Below are positions 18,930 to 29,122 of a stretch of DNA of 64,000 nt, piece by piece (the first letter of the stretch is position 1; each line of letters opens with the position of its first letter). A program made the translations under genes and the position numbers. The DNA is taken from positions 79,023 through 143,022 of the forward strand of contig CAZSWA010000001.1 in NCBI GenBank assembly GCA_964610465.1, written 5' to 3'. The DNA comes from an uncultured Gammaproteobacteria bacterium. Lineage in GTDB: Bacteria; Patescibacteriota; Microgenomatia; Levybacterales; UBA12049. The notes beneath the pieces are model-generated. The model did no database searches and was not told where the DNA came from. It was given only the letters and a program-made list of their open reading frames with translations.

Positions 18930-20774
18930 TTATTTTTGGGGAGTTGGCTTTTTATCAAAATTTACTACGATGACAGTAAGATCATCAGTAGTCCCTCTTC
19001 TTCTTGCTTCATTTTTTATCAATCTACTTGCTTCACTTGGATCAGCTATGTCTCTAATTAAATCTTTGACTTGTTCATTCTTTAATACATCCCATATACC
19101 ATCAGACGCAATAATAAGACGTGAATTTCCATCTGGAAGTTGTATCTCATGAGCAATATATGGTTGTGCAATTATCTCTTTCCCATCTGTATCACCTAAC
19201 GATCGTGAGACTGCTAAACCTTGTACTCTTGGGACTCCATACGTATATACTGTTCCACCTGCTTTTTCAATTCTTGCTTGTTCTTCTGGATCATCAGGTT
19301 TATGATCATGAGAAAGTACATGAACTGTATCTCTCTTGACTAAGATAGCACGTGAGTCTCCAGCATTGGCAATATGAAGAATATCACCTTGTCGATAGGC
19401 AACTACTGCAGTTGTCCCAAATGATTTATCAGGATTATTTTTTATCCATAGATCTTTTATCTCCTTATCTGTTCGCTGAAATGCTTTATCTAAGGCTTTG
19501 TTCACATCTCCATTTGAATCTGCAAGCGCTTTTACAAAGTGTTCATGAAGTTTTTCAGATGCCAGTTGCGCAGCTTCGTACCCATATCCTTCTTCTGGTC
19601 CATGCCCATCATAGACTGCATAAAAAGATTCTTGAGGCTTATTTCCAAAGGCATCTTCTCTTACCAATCTATCTTCATTCTTTGCATGTCTTGTTCCTAC
19701 CTCTGAAATACTACCTGAGTTTATGGTTACTGGTACTTGTTCACTTTTATTTTCTTTTTTTCTTGTTACAACAAATGGTTTTGTTTCAAGAGGTTTTCCT
19801 GAAAAAACATCTCCTGATCTTGCTAGACTGTTTCCATTCGTACTACCATTTTTACCATTTGTTCCATCTGGCGTATGAGATGTACCATTAGCATGTTGAC
19901 CATTTTTCCCGTTAAAAATATCACCAGTTTGTCCAGAGTTTGCTCGGTTTCCATTATGATGTCCATTACCTGAATCCAAACCATTTTCCCAAAGAAATGT
20001 AACAATTTCTCTTGACTTTGAATCCTTTGCGAGCGGACCTAGTTGATAGACAATTCCGTCTCTTCCATATGCTTTTTTAAGAAATTCATCTTTTGCGACT
20101 TTGTCACTTTTTTTACTTACCAGCTCAATAAGTGCAGTTGTTACTTCCGCTGAGTTTTCTCCAAATACATTGGCAAGCCATTTAATACCTTCAAGATTAT
20201 CGAGTAGCTCGCTTCTTGTAACATGATTATTTTTTGGAGTATATACTTCAAGTACATCCTGTACAAATCGTTTTATATCTGATTCATGGTTTGGTCCGGT
20301 AAAATATCTATCATAAAACTCCTGTGCTTGTGTATCTGAAAAAGTTCCATCTGTAGGGATACCGAGTTTGTGATAGAGGATAGCTCTTTTTTTACCTTCG
20401 TCTTCATTAGCGAAATAAGTTTTGTTATTGTTGATAGTGTTAATAAAACTTTTTTTCCACCCAGTCATTTTTTGCTCATAAGGACTCGTATCACCGATTT
20501 CTCTATAATGCTTAATTCTCTCTTTGGTCGATGCATTTCTTACCACTCCATAGGTACCGTTAAGATTGCCAAGATAGTCACTCTTTAAAAGATTTTCAGT
20601 GAGTGCTCCATCCACTGGTTTATCGGGATTAAATGCCTCCTCATTATGACTTCCGATAAGAAGGCGTGCTTGAAGACCTATAATTTCATTCAGTCTTCTT
20701 TCAACTTCCGGAGGAGCTCCTCTATTTACTCCTGTATCTACTGTTGTTGTATTTGGCCTTAATCTTTCATTCAT
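18930..20774 (-). CDS. PP2C-family Ser/Thr protein phosphatase with ~350-aa uncharacterised N-terminal domain
   Basis: The C-terminal ~250 aa carries PP2C motifs (FYAVYDGHGP, TTAVVAYRQGDILHIANAGDSRAIL, IIASDGIWDV, DDLTVIVVNF). A Gly/Asn-rich linker (NGHHNGNRANSGQTGDIFNGKNGQHANGTSHTPDGTNGKNGSTNGN) precedes it. The N-terminal domain has no recognised motif. Confidence 0.8.
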   Translation of the reverse strand: MNERLRPNTTTVDTGVNRGAPPEVERRLNEIIGLQARLLIGSHNEEAFNPDKPVDGALTENLLKSDYLGNLNGTYGVVRNASTKERIKHYREIGDTSPYEQKMTGWKKSFINTINNNKTYFANEDEGKKRAILYHKLGIPTDGTFSDTQAQEFYDRYFTGPNHESDIKRFVQDVLEVYTPKNNHVTRSELLDNLEGIKWLANVFGENSAEVTTALIELVSKKSDKVAKDEFLKKAYGRDGIVYQLGPLAKDSKSREIVTFLWENGLDSGNGHHNGNRANSGQTGDIFNGKNGQHANGTSHTPDGTNGKNGSTNGNSLARSGDVFSGKPLETKPFVVTRKKENKSEQVPVTINSGSISEVGTRHAKNEDRLVREDAFGNKPQESFYAVYDGHGPEEGYGYEAAQLASEKLHEHFVKALADSNGDVNKALDKAFQRTDKEIKDLWIKNNPDKSFGTTAVVAYRQGDILHIANAGDSRAILVKRDTVHVLSHDHKPDDPEEQARIEKAGGTVYTYGVPRVQGLAVSRSLGDTDGKEIIAQPYIAHEIQLPDGNSRLIIASDGIWDVLKNEQVKDLIRDIADPSEASRLIKNEARRRGTTDDLTVIVVNFDKKPTPQK

Positions 20775-21024
20775 ACTTCTATTTTACTCCTATTGTCAAA
20801 TATAGATATAAAACTCTGTACAAATATCTTATAGCAAGCATAAGTGAATTGAATCTTAGGAAGGTAAATAACTAGTAAGAAATGCCATACAGACACAAGT
20901 TATAGGCTTAATATTTGCTTTTTTTTACACTCTCCAATATAATACTATAACTTAAAACAAGCTCAAGTTTATAATCTATTTGAAGAAGATAAGACTCTTT
21001 TCACGGCTTAGTAGATAAAAATAT

Positions 21025-24006
21025 ATGGGACATTTAGAACGACAGGAAATACTACGACAAAGATTTTCAGATTTTGCTACGTTTCATGAAAGAATTACTA
21101 CAGATATTCTCTCAGTTGATCCAACAGCAATAGCGAATTGGGCGAATGAACAGACAGTTAAAAAAGAAACAAACTTCACGTCATTACTTACTTCTCCTTT
21201 TAAAGAAGCTGCAAGTCAGGGTTTTAGGAAATATATCCAGAATGAACGTGAAATGCAGCAGTTTTGGGAGAAACACAATCTTTCTACACCTACAGACAAA
21301 GTAAAACAGGAGCTTCTCAAAATCGTTCAAAAAGATACAACAGAAACATCTCATAAAGAAGACGTTTGGCTTAGACGTATGCATGGAGGAATAGCGCTTG
21401 TTGTTTCTCCTGAGAGATTTGCTGAAATAGTACAGCCTAAACTGCATACTCCAGAAGGTAAATTACTGACTGGAAAAGACGCAGCAGAGGAACTTGAAGC
21501 TTTTGCACAAGTTGGATTTACGTTTGAGCAGGAAGAATTACACATTTCATCCGATTTCCCATTTCCAAAAAGTGCAAAGATAGCAGTAATCCAAAATACT
21601 CCAGGTTTTGAAAATGCAATTGCACATGAAGAAAGAGAATTAATAGGGTTTTATATGGATGAAGTAACAAAAAGTGATAGAAATGATAATAGACATGTAG
21701 AGACGATAAGACGACTAAGAAGAAGATTCGGAGCAACGGAAAAAGTTGGAGAGGCAATGTATGATCTTGCAACGCGGATTGAAAATGGAGAAAGAAATCC
21801 TGCAGTTCAACTTTTCAAGACAGATGAAGATAATCAACAGGTATTTTCTCTTATTGCTTATCAGGCAAAGGAAATAATTCAAGACAGCAAGCATACTGCA
21901 AGCCAAATTCGAGGAGCTGTACTTAATCCCAAAAAACTTTTGGAGTATTGGAATTTAGATAATCAGTCTAATTCTGAAGAAAGTAATGTGAGGGAAAATA
22001 CAAATACGATAACTCTTACATCAGAGCGAAAAGGCAGATTTGTCTATAACAAAGCTACATTACGACCAGGAGACACAATCATTCATGATAGGATAACTTA
22101 TCAAGTTACAGAAATTCTTTCTGCGACAGGTGGACAAGGAGTAGTATATAAGGCTCAAGAGATAGGCAAACCAGAGACAAAAATAGTGGTAAAAGAAGTA
22201 ATATTTAATGCACCTGAAGCACTTATTGCCAATGAGGCAACAGCTTCAATGGTAGTTGAAGGTATTGCCAAGAATAATCCAGATATGAGTCAGTTACTTA
22301 AAAATCTCCAATTATTTGCTGGTAATGAAGAATTTGGAATAGAATATATTAATTTTATTAAAACAAAACTAAGCGATGATACATTTTGGAATCAATTTGG
22401 CGGGAAAAATTTGTACAAAAAAGAAAATTTGAGCTTTAGAACACATGATTCGCAAACTGGACAACCGTTTATTGCTCCTCCATATCGAGAGATTATTGAT
22501 GCAGTTAAACAAGCAGCGGCCGAATATACAAAGACCTATATCGCTGAAGAGAAAAGGAAGGAATTAAATGAAGTAGTACAGTTTTTCTTATCTGAAGCAA
22601 ATGCAATGGCTAGGTTATCAGGAGTTAAAGGAGTTGCACATATGATTGGTATGGTAGCAAGTGATATGTCTTTTGCACCTGATAATCTTAAATATCATTG
22701 CATGTATATAATAGAAGAATTTATAGAAGGTTCTACTTTACAGAATCTATGGCAAATAGGAAGTGGTAAACGTGGAGATTTTATAAAAGCATCTGAACTA
22801 GTAAGCGAAATTCTTGCAACTCTTTCTGAAGTTCATGCAAATGAGGTGGTTCATAAAGATATTAAACCTGAAAATGTAATTATTGAAGCAAAATCAGGAG
22901 AGCCGAAGCTTATTGATTTTGGTATTGCCAAAACTCATCTTAAGGATTTAATTTCTGCTCAAAAGCAAGGGACAAGAACAGGAACAAGTTTGAGGGGAAC
23001 TCTTGGGTATGTCTCCCCAGAACATTATACAGGGACAGATACCCGTTCTGATATTTATTCTATGGGAATGATGATGTATGCAATGCTTACAGGTGATGAC
23101 CCGGGAGATTATATTGCACGAACCTTACAATTTAAACAGATAGCAAGTTACGTTGATATAAGGATTGCATTACTTGAGACTATAGATAAGAGATTTCCTA
23201 AACATTTACGGGAGATAGTAGTAAAAGCAGTTCAAGAAGACCCTGATAAGAGATTTCAATCAGCAGATGAGATGAAAACAGCAATTGATGAAATAATAGA
23301 CAAAATAAAAAAACCTCTAAAGCAGATACAACAACCTGTACAGACAATTCAATCTGTAACTTCTTCACAATCAATCATACCGCTTCCGGTCTTTAATAAA
23401 GATAATAAGAGAACTACTTGGTTTAGCGGATTAGAATTTAGTGCGATTAATGCGATTCGTCTTAACAGACCAGATATAGTACAGAAGGCTTTGGATAGTT
23501 TAAAAACATATATTTCACCATCTGATACAATTATCACCAAAAAAAGCGTTGAGACTATAGCCCATATCACTCATTCGTTGCATAACGAAGGAGAACAAAT
23601 GGGCCAAAGTCTTAAAAGTTATTCATTAGATTTGCTCGAAACAGGAATTTTTGCTGAGAAAGATACTTTTATCATTCCTCCTCAATATCATGCTCATCTA
23701 CAGAAATTTACCAAAGAATGGATTATAAATAGTGGATTTACAGATGTTCCTCTATCAAAGACTCAGGAATGGGATATGGCAAGTGATAAAAGAACCTATG
23801 AAGATCTTCCTGTTGAAATACGAATATACTTTGAAACAACAGAAATTATTATTGAGCATATGAAGACAACAAAAGACATGACAAGAAAAACAGAACTGCA
23901 AGACAGGCTTAAAAAATTCCAATGGCAAGCTCCCTACTGGAGTGACCCAGGATTTCAATATCTGACTTTTCGGAAAGCAGAAGAGCTTAGAAACAGGCTA
24001 AAATAA
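21025..24006 (+). CDS. Hanks-type Ser/Thr protein kinase (non-RD) with large N- and C-terminal uncharacterised domains
   Basis: 993-aa ORF. It carries a Gly loop SATGGQGVVYKA, beta3 Lys in KIVVKEV, catalytic loop VVHKDIKPENVII (HKD not HRD), DFGIAK, and GTLGYVSPEH. A ~130-aa insertion separates the N-lobe from the catalytic loop. The N-terminal ~330 aa and C-terminal ~280 aa are unassigned. Confidence 0.8.
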   Translation: MGHLERQEILRQRFSDFATFHERITTDILSVDPTAIANWANEQTVKKETNFTSLLTSPFKEAASQGFRKYIQNEREMQQFWEKHNLSTPTDKVKQELLKIVQKDTTETSHKEDVWLRRMHGGIALVVSPERFAEIVQPKLHTPEGKLLTGKDAAEELEAFAQVGFTFEQEELHISSDFPFPKSAKIAVIQNTPGFENAIAHEERELIGFYMDEVTKSDRNDNRHVETIRRLRRRFGATEKVGEAMYDLATRIENGERNPAVQLFKTDEDNQQVFSLIAYQAKEIIQDSKHTASQIRGAVLNPKKLLEYWNLDNQSNSEESNVRENTNTITLTSERKGRFVYNKATLRPGDTIIHDRITYQVTEILSATGGQGVVYKAQEIGKPETKIVVKEVIFNAPEALIANEATASMVVEGIAKNNPDMSQLLKNLQLFAGNEEFGIEYINFIKTKLSDDTFWNQFGGKNLYKKENLSFRTHDSQTGQPFIAPPYREIIDAVKQAAAEYTKTYIAEEKRKELNEVVQFFLSEANAMARLSGVKGVAHMIGMVASDMSFAPDNLKYHCMYIIEEFIEGSTLQNLWQIGSGKRGDFIKASELVSEILATLSEVHANEVVHKDIKPENVIIEAKSGEPKLIDFGIAKTHLKDLISAQKQGTRTGTSLRGTLGYVSPEHYTGTDTRSDIYSMGMMMYAMLTGDDPGDYIARTLQFKQIASYVDIRIALLETIDKRFPKHLREIVVKAVQEDPDKRFQSADEMKTAIDEIIDKIKKPLKQIQQPVQTIQSVTSSQSIIPLPVFNKDNKRTTWFSGLEFSAINAIRLNRPDIVQKALDSLKTYISPSDTIITKKSVETIAHITHSLHNEGEQMGQSLKSYSLDLLETGIFAEKDTFIIPPQYHAHLQKFTKEWIINSGFTDVPLSKTQEWDMASDKRTYEDLPVEIRIYFETTEIIIEHMKTTKDMTRKTELQDRLKKFQWQAPYWSDPGFQYLTFRKAEELRNRLK

Positions 24007-24037
24007 CTGTTTTGATACAATAGGATAAGTCAAAAAT

Positions 24038-25804
24038 ATGCCAAATATACTAAAAATCATTCGAATCTCAAAGCCTTTATATCATTTGGTTCTTATTATA
24101 GCCTTTTTGATAGTAGTGAGTGCGGCAATGGATTTGGTGTCTCCTATTATTTTTAAATTCATTGTCGATGAGATTGTCAAGGGCGTACAACATCAAGGTG
24201 GTAGTGTGAATAAAATTGCATGGCTTATTGCGCTCTCATTTGGTGTCAATATCATAAGTCTTATCCTGACAACTCTTAGTGAGAGACTAGGAGATCATTT
24301 TGCCGGAAGACTTCGCAAATATCTGACAGAAAAGTTTTATTATAAAATTTTGACACTTCCTCAAAGTTACTTTGATTCAGAGATTTCAGGGAAAATTGTC
24401 AATCAGTTAAGCCGTGGTATTGTCACCATTCAGGATTTTGTAAATGATGCGACCAATTTTATTCTTCCTATGGTTTTACAAAGCCTTTTTACTATCATTG
24501 TGATGGCCTATTACAATATTCCAATTGCCATTTTTACTTTTCTTCTTTTTCCAAGCTATATGATTCTAAGTTACTACTCAACCAAAAAGTGGGGAGAGAG
24601 GGAAGTAGAAAAAAATAAAATAGAAGATATTTCACGAGGAAGAATACAGGAAGTTATTGCAAACATGAGTTTGGTGAAAAGCTTTAATAATGAGAAAAAA
24701 GAATATGAATTCTTATCTTCAAGTCTTACCGAAAGTAACAAGATTTATGCAGTGCAGAGCACAACATACCATTTCTTTGATTTTGCACGCGGTTTTAGTC
24801 TTAATATCATTTTGCTTCTCATAAGTATTATTACCTTTTTCGATACATTCAAAGGTACACTTAGTATTGGTACAATGGTTTTAATTCTTCAGCTGGTGAA
24901 TCAAGCACGTCGTCCCCTTTTTGCAATGTCGTTTATCTTAACACAAGTGCAACGTGCAGAAAGCGGATCAAAAGAATTCTTTGAAGTACTCGAGCTGCCA
25001 TCCAAGGAGTACTTTGATAAGAATAAAGTAATGCAGCAGGTAAAGGATGCAATGATCGTATTTTCTCATGTGTTTTTTCATTATAAAGATTCAGATAAAG
25101 TATTACATGATGTATCATTTACGCTTCATAAAAATCAAACAGTAGCGCTTGTTGGACATAGCGGAGCGGGAAAAACCACAATAGTAAATCTAATTCTTAA
25201 ATTCTATGATTCCTCACAGGGTGATATTTATCTTAACGGTATGAATTATAAAGAACTTGACCATACCTTTATCAGAGATAATATCGCCCTGGTATTTCAG
25301 GAAAATGAACTCTTCTCAACTACGGTTCGTGAGAATGTGAGCTACGGTATGTCAGCAACAGATAAAGAGATAATAAATGCCTTAAAACTTGCAAATGCGT
25401 ATGATTTTGTGAAAAAACTTCCCAAAGGGATTGATTCAGAAATTGGAGAACGGGGAGTTAAACTTTCAGGCGGGCAAAAGCAACGGATTCAAATTGCCAG
25501 AGCAATCCTTAAAAATTCACCCATTTTAATTCTTGATGAAGCAACAAGTTCTCTTGATGCTAAATCTGAAAGAGAGGTACAAGATGCCCTTGAGAATCTT
25601 ATGAAAGATAAATTGGTTCTTATTATTGCTCATAGATTTTCAACTATCCAGAATGCAGATACCATACTTGTGATTGATAATGGCAAAATAGTTGATTCTG
25701 GCAATCCAAAAGAACTTTCCAAAAAACCTGGAATTTATTCAAATCTTTTACGTTACCAAATTGAAGGCAACAAAAAACTCCTAGAATCTTTTGAACTCTA
25801 CTAA
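24038..25804 (+). CDS. ABC transporter, fused permease/ATPase (exporter type, MsbA-like)
   Basis: Six N-terminal transmembrane helices are followed by Walker A GHSGAGKTT, signature LSGGQKQRIQIARA and Walker B ILILDEATSSLD. There is no N-terminal C39 peptidase domain. Confidence 0.85.
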   Translation: MPNILKIIRISKPLYHLVLIIAFLIVVSAAMDLVSPIIFKFIVDEIVKGVQHQGGSVNKIAWLIALSFGVNIISLILTTLSERLGDHFAGRLRKYLTEKFYYKILTLPQSYFDSEISGKIVNQLSRGIVTIQDFVNDATNFILPMVLQSLFTIIVMAYYNIPIAIFTFLLFPSYMILSYYSTKKWGEREVEKNKIEDISRGRIQEVIANMSLVKSFNNEKKEYEFLSSSLTESNKIYAVQSTTYHFFDFARGFSLNIILLLISIITFFDTFKGTLSIGTMVLILQLVNQARRPLFAMSFILTQVQRAESGSKEFFEVLELPSKEYFDKNKVMQQVKDAMIVFSHVFFHYKDSDKVLHDVSFTLHKNQTVALVGHSGAGKTTIVNLILKFYDSSQGDIYLNGMNYKELDHTFIRDNIALVFQENELFSTTVRENVSYGMSATDKEIINALKLANAYDFVKKLPKGIDSEIGERGVKLSGGQKQRIQIARAILKNSPILILDEATSSLDAKSEREVQDALENLMKDKLVLIIAHRFSTIQNADTILVIDNGKIVDSGNPKELSKKPGIYSNLLRYQIEGNKKLLESFELY

Positions 25805-25878
25805 ATTGTTGAGTTTTACATATTTTGATATAGTTTTCTTACCCATTTTTTATACTTTTGATGTAAAATAGCTGGGTT

Positions 25879-26379
25879 ATGAAAAGGATACCTCTTTATA
25901 TTATTGTGAGTACACTTGCTACCTTCTTTTTTGTTGTCTTGCCAAAGAGTATATTGGCTGATGTTAACGTAGATGTTTCAAACAATGCAGGCGGCAGTAA
26001 CAATAATGTAAGCATTGATAACGAGGTAAATAATACTGTAGATACAGGTAATACCTCACAAACGAATACAACTGTAACCATTAACGGAAAAACCTATCAT
26101 TCAGATCAGCCAGGAGAACTTAATTATCAGTCAGATGATGGCCATTCAACTGTTCATATTAATAATCAAGTTGGAGGAACAAGTGTCAATACTCAGTCAA
26201 ACCAAAATATACAAAATAATGTGCATGTCAATACGAACACTTCAAATAATGCCCCATCTTCCCTGTCCACGACACCTGAACCTACGCATAAAGAATTTAA
26301 AACAAATAAAAGTTCATTTGATTTTTCGTTGTTTATGGATTTCTTCAAGAATTTTCTCAAAAACTTCCACATCTTTTAA
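25879..26379 (+). CDS. small secreted/anchored Asn/Thr-rich low-complexity protein
   Basis: N-terminal hydrophobic helix, then N/T/S/Q-rich repeats (NNAGGSNNNVSIDNEVNNTVDTGNTSQTNTTVTING...). Confidence 0.45.
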   Translation: MKRIPLYIIVSTLATFFFVVLPKSILADVNVDVSNNAGGSNNNVSIDNEVNNTVDTGNTSQTNTTVTINGKTYHSDQPGELNYQSDDGHSTVHINNQVGGTSVNTQSNQNIQNNVHVNTNTSNNAPSSLSTTPEPTHKEFKTNKSSFDFSLFMDFFKNFLKNFHIF

Positions 26380-26429
26380 AATTTCTCCAAATAGTGTAGT
26401 ATAAATAAACCTCATCTGTTATTACTTCT

Positions 26430-29063
26430 ATGCAGAATTTTAGTACACCCATGATGAAACAATACATGGAGATTAAAAAAAACTACCAAGATTGTCTTCT
26501 GTTTTATCGTATGGGTGATTTCTATGAGCTCTTCATGGAAGATGCACACATAGGAGCCAGGATTCTTAATATTACTTTAACCAGCAAACATAACGGTAAA
26601 AATGGCAAAATACCAATGGCAGGGGTACCGTATCACGCAGTTGATGCGTATCTTAACAAACTCGTCAAAGCAGGCTACAAAGTCGCAATTTGTGAACAAG
26701 TAAGTCTCCCCAACAAATATGGCTTAGTAGATAGGGAAGTTGTGCGGGTAGTAACACCTGGTACCATGCTTGATGAAAAAGCACTTGAGAAGAAAGAAAA
26801 TAATTACATCATAAGTCTCTTGATTGAAGATGAAATCCTCGCGCTTGCAATTGCTGATATCTCAACTGGATATTTTTCACTGACACAGTTGCCTTTTGAA
26901 AATCTTTCCCAGGTACTTCGTGATGAATTATCACGCATCAATCCATCAGAATGTATTTTACCTGAATCACTTTACAATGATCCAGAACTCTTAAAACTCT
27001 TAAAAACTGAAAAGGGACTTAGCATTTATTGTTTTCATGAATGGGATGTCTTTGCACAAAAAGCTGAAGCGTATCTTAAAAAACATTTTGGAGTTGCGAC
27101 TCTTGCAGGTTTTGCGGTTGAGGACAAGTTGCTTGCGCTTCAAGCAGCTGCCTCGTTGCTTGGGTATCTTGAAGAAACCCAAAAAACCGCTGTCTCACAT
27201 ATTAAGAAAATTACTATCTTTTCAAGTGATGAGTATATGATGCTTGATAAATCGACTATGATAAACCTTGAATTATTTTCAACCATACGTGAACATGATA
27301 CACGAGGGACACTTCTTAATGTCTTAGATATGACGAAAACTGCGATGGGTGGAAGATTGCTTAAACAGTGGCTGAGAAAACCGCTTTTGCAAAAAAGTGA
27401 GATTGGCAAAAGGCATGATGCAGTCGAAGAGTTTTTAAAAAACAATACGGCCAGAAATCTTCTCCGCACACGACTTGAAGAAGTAAATGATATTGAAAGA
27501 ATCCTCTCTCGTCTATCAGTACATATTGGCAATGCAAGAGATATTATAAATCTTAAACAATCATTACATACTATACTAGATATCAAAGCAAGTTTAAAAG
27601 AATATGAAGCAAGTCTTATCCAGGAACTAACTGAGAAGATTTCTCAAAAAATAAAAAACACCATTGAATATATTGATATTTATATTATAGATGAGCCTCC
27701 AATTGACTTAAAATCCGGAGGTTTAATAAAAAACGGCGTAGATAAAGAATTAGATACACTTCGACATACCGTTAGCGGGAGTAAAAACTGGATTGCAAAA
27801 CTTGAAGAGGATGAAAAAGAAAGAACTGGTATTTCATCTCTTAAAATCAGATTTAATAAAGTGTTTGGATTTTATATTGAAATAAGTAGATCAAATCTTC
27901 ATCTAGTCCCTCAGGACTATATCCGCAAACAAACCTTAGTAAATGGTGAAAGGTTTATAACACCAGAGCTTAAACAACATGAAGAAATAATTCTGACCGC
28001 AGAAGAAAAAATAAATGAGCTGGAATATAGTATTTTTATAAAAGTATTAGCCCAAATACTTACTCAAATTGAAATGTTACAAGAAGCAGCACAAAGTATC
28101 GCAATACTTGATTGTCTTTTAAATTTTGCCAATCTTGCAGAGACTGAAGAATATGTAAGACCAAAAATGCTTTACTCTGGAGAGATACGAATTAAAAATG
28201 GACGTCACCCTGTAGTTGAAAAGTTACTTGATGAAATGCAATTTGTTCCTAATGATATTACTTTGGATAATATTAACCAGCAGCTTCTTCTTATTACAGG
28301 TCCTAACATGGCAGGAAAATCGGTATTGATACGCCAAGTTGCTCTCATTGTCCTTATGGCACAGATTGGATGTTTTGTTCCGGCTGAACAAGCATATATC
28401 AGTATTGTAGATAGGATTTTTGTACGAAGCGGTGCATCAGATGTCATCACTTCAGGTCTATCAACCTTTATGGTTGAGATGGTTGAGACCGCATATATCC
28501 TCCATCATACAACGCGTAACAGTCTTATCATAATGGATGAGATAGGACGGGGAACAAGTACCTATGATGGGATAAGTATTGCCTGGGCTGTTGCAGAACA
28601 TTTGGTTACTGCGATAAATCCATCGCCCAAAACGCTTTTTGCAACACATTATCATGAGCTGCAAGCACTTGAAGAACAATATCCGACAAAAATCAAAAAC
28701 TATCATATGGCTGTTGCTAACGAAAAAGGTGTACCGGTATTCCTTTACACTATTTTGCCAGGGGGTGCATCACATAGTTTTGGAGTTGCAGTTGCAAAGC
28801 TTGCGGGAATTCCTTTTCCTGTGATAGAAAAGGCACTTGAAGTTCTCTCGAGTCTTGAAAACCGGCAAACGAACCAGGAACAAAAAGTGGCATTATCATA
28901 TCAGGAACAACTGCCTTTAACTCAACACTTAATTCATAAAGAACTTGAACAGATAGATATTCATCAAATGACACCGCTTGAAGCGCTCAACAAATTGGCA
29001 GAACTCAAAGATAAAATAAAACTACTACAAAAAAAAGATTCAGACTTCATTGGTGCCGATTAA
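26430..29063 (+). CDS. mutS: DNA mismatch repair protein MutS
   Basis: N-terminal TPMMKQYMEIK...FYRMGDFYELF and Walker A GPNMAGKSV. Full-length 877 aa. Confidence 0.95.
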   Translation: MQNFSTPMMKQYMEIKKNYQDCLLFYRMGDFYELFMEDAHIGARILNITLTSKHNGKNGKIPMAGVPYHAVDAYLNKLVKAGYKVAICEQVSLPNKYGLVDREVVRVVTPGTMLDEKALEKKENNYIISLLIEDEILALAIADISTGYFSLTQLPFENLSQVLRDELSRINPSECILPESLYNDPELLKLLKTEKGLSIYCFHEWDVFAQKAEAYLKKHFGVATLAGFAVEDKLLALQAAASLLGYLEETQKTAVSHIKKITIFSSDEYMMLDKSTMINLELFSTIREHDTRGTLLNVLDMTKTAMGGRLLKQWLRKPLLQKSEIGKRHDAVEEFLKNNTARNLLRTRLEEVNDIERILSRLSVHIGNARDIINLKQSLHTILDIKASLKEYEASLIQELTEKISQKIKNTIEYIDIYIIDEPPIDLKSGGLIKNGVDKELDTLRHTVSGSKNWIAKLEEDEKERTGISSLKIRFNKVFGFYIEISRSNLHLVPQDYIRKQTLVNGERFITPELKQHEEIILTAEEKINELEYSIFIKVLAQILTQIEMLQEAAQSIAILDCLLNFANLAETEEYVRPKMLYSGEIRIKNGRHPVVEKLLDEMQFVPNDITLDNINQQLLLITGPNMAGKSVLIRQVALIVLMAQIGCFVPAEQAYISIVDRIFVRSGASDVITSGLSTFMVEMVETAYILHHTTRNSLIIMDEIGRGTSTYDGISIAWAVAEHLVTAINPSPKTLFATHYHELQALEEQYPTKIKNYHMAVANEKGVPVFLYTILPGGASHSFGVAVAKLAGIPFPVIEKALEVLSSLENRQTNQEQKVALSYQEQLPLTQHLIHKELEQIDIHQMTPLEALNKLAELKDKIKLLQKKDSDFIGAD

Positions 29064-29122
29064 AATTTTACCTAAAATGATATAATAAATACTCTTTAGG
29101 TAGAATACCTATTCCCTAACGA

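Noticed and set aside
24038-25804. ABC transporter as a bacteriocin/peptide-processing exporter
   Set aside because: The protein starts directly with transmembrane helices. There is no N-terminal C39 peptidase domain or double-glycine leader context.
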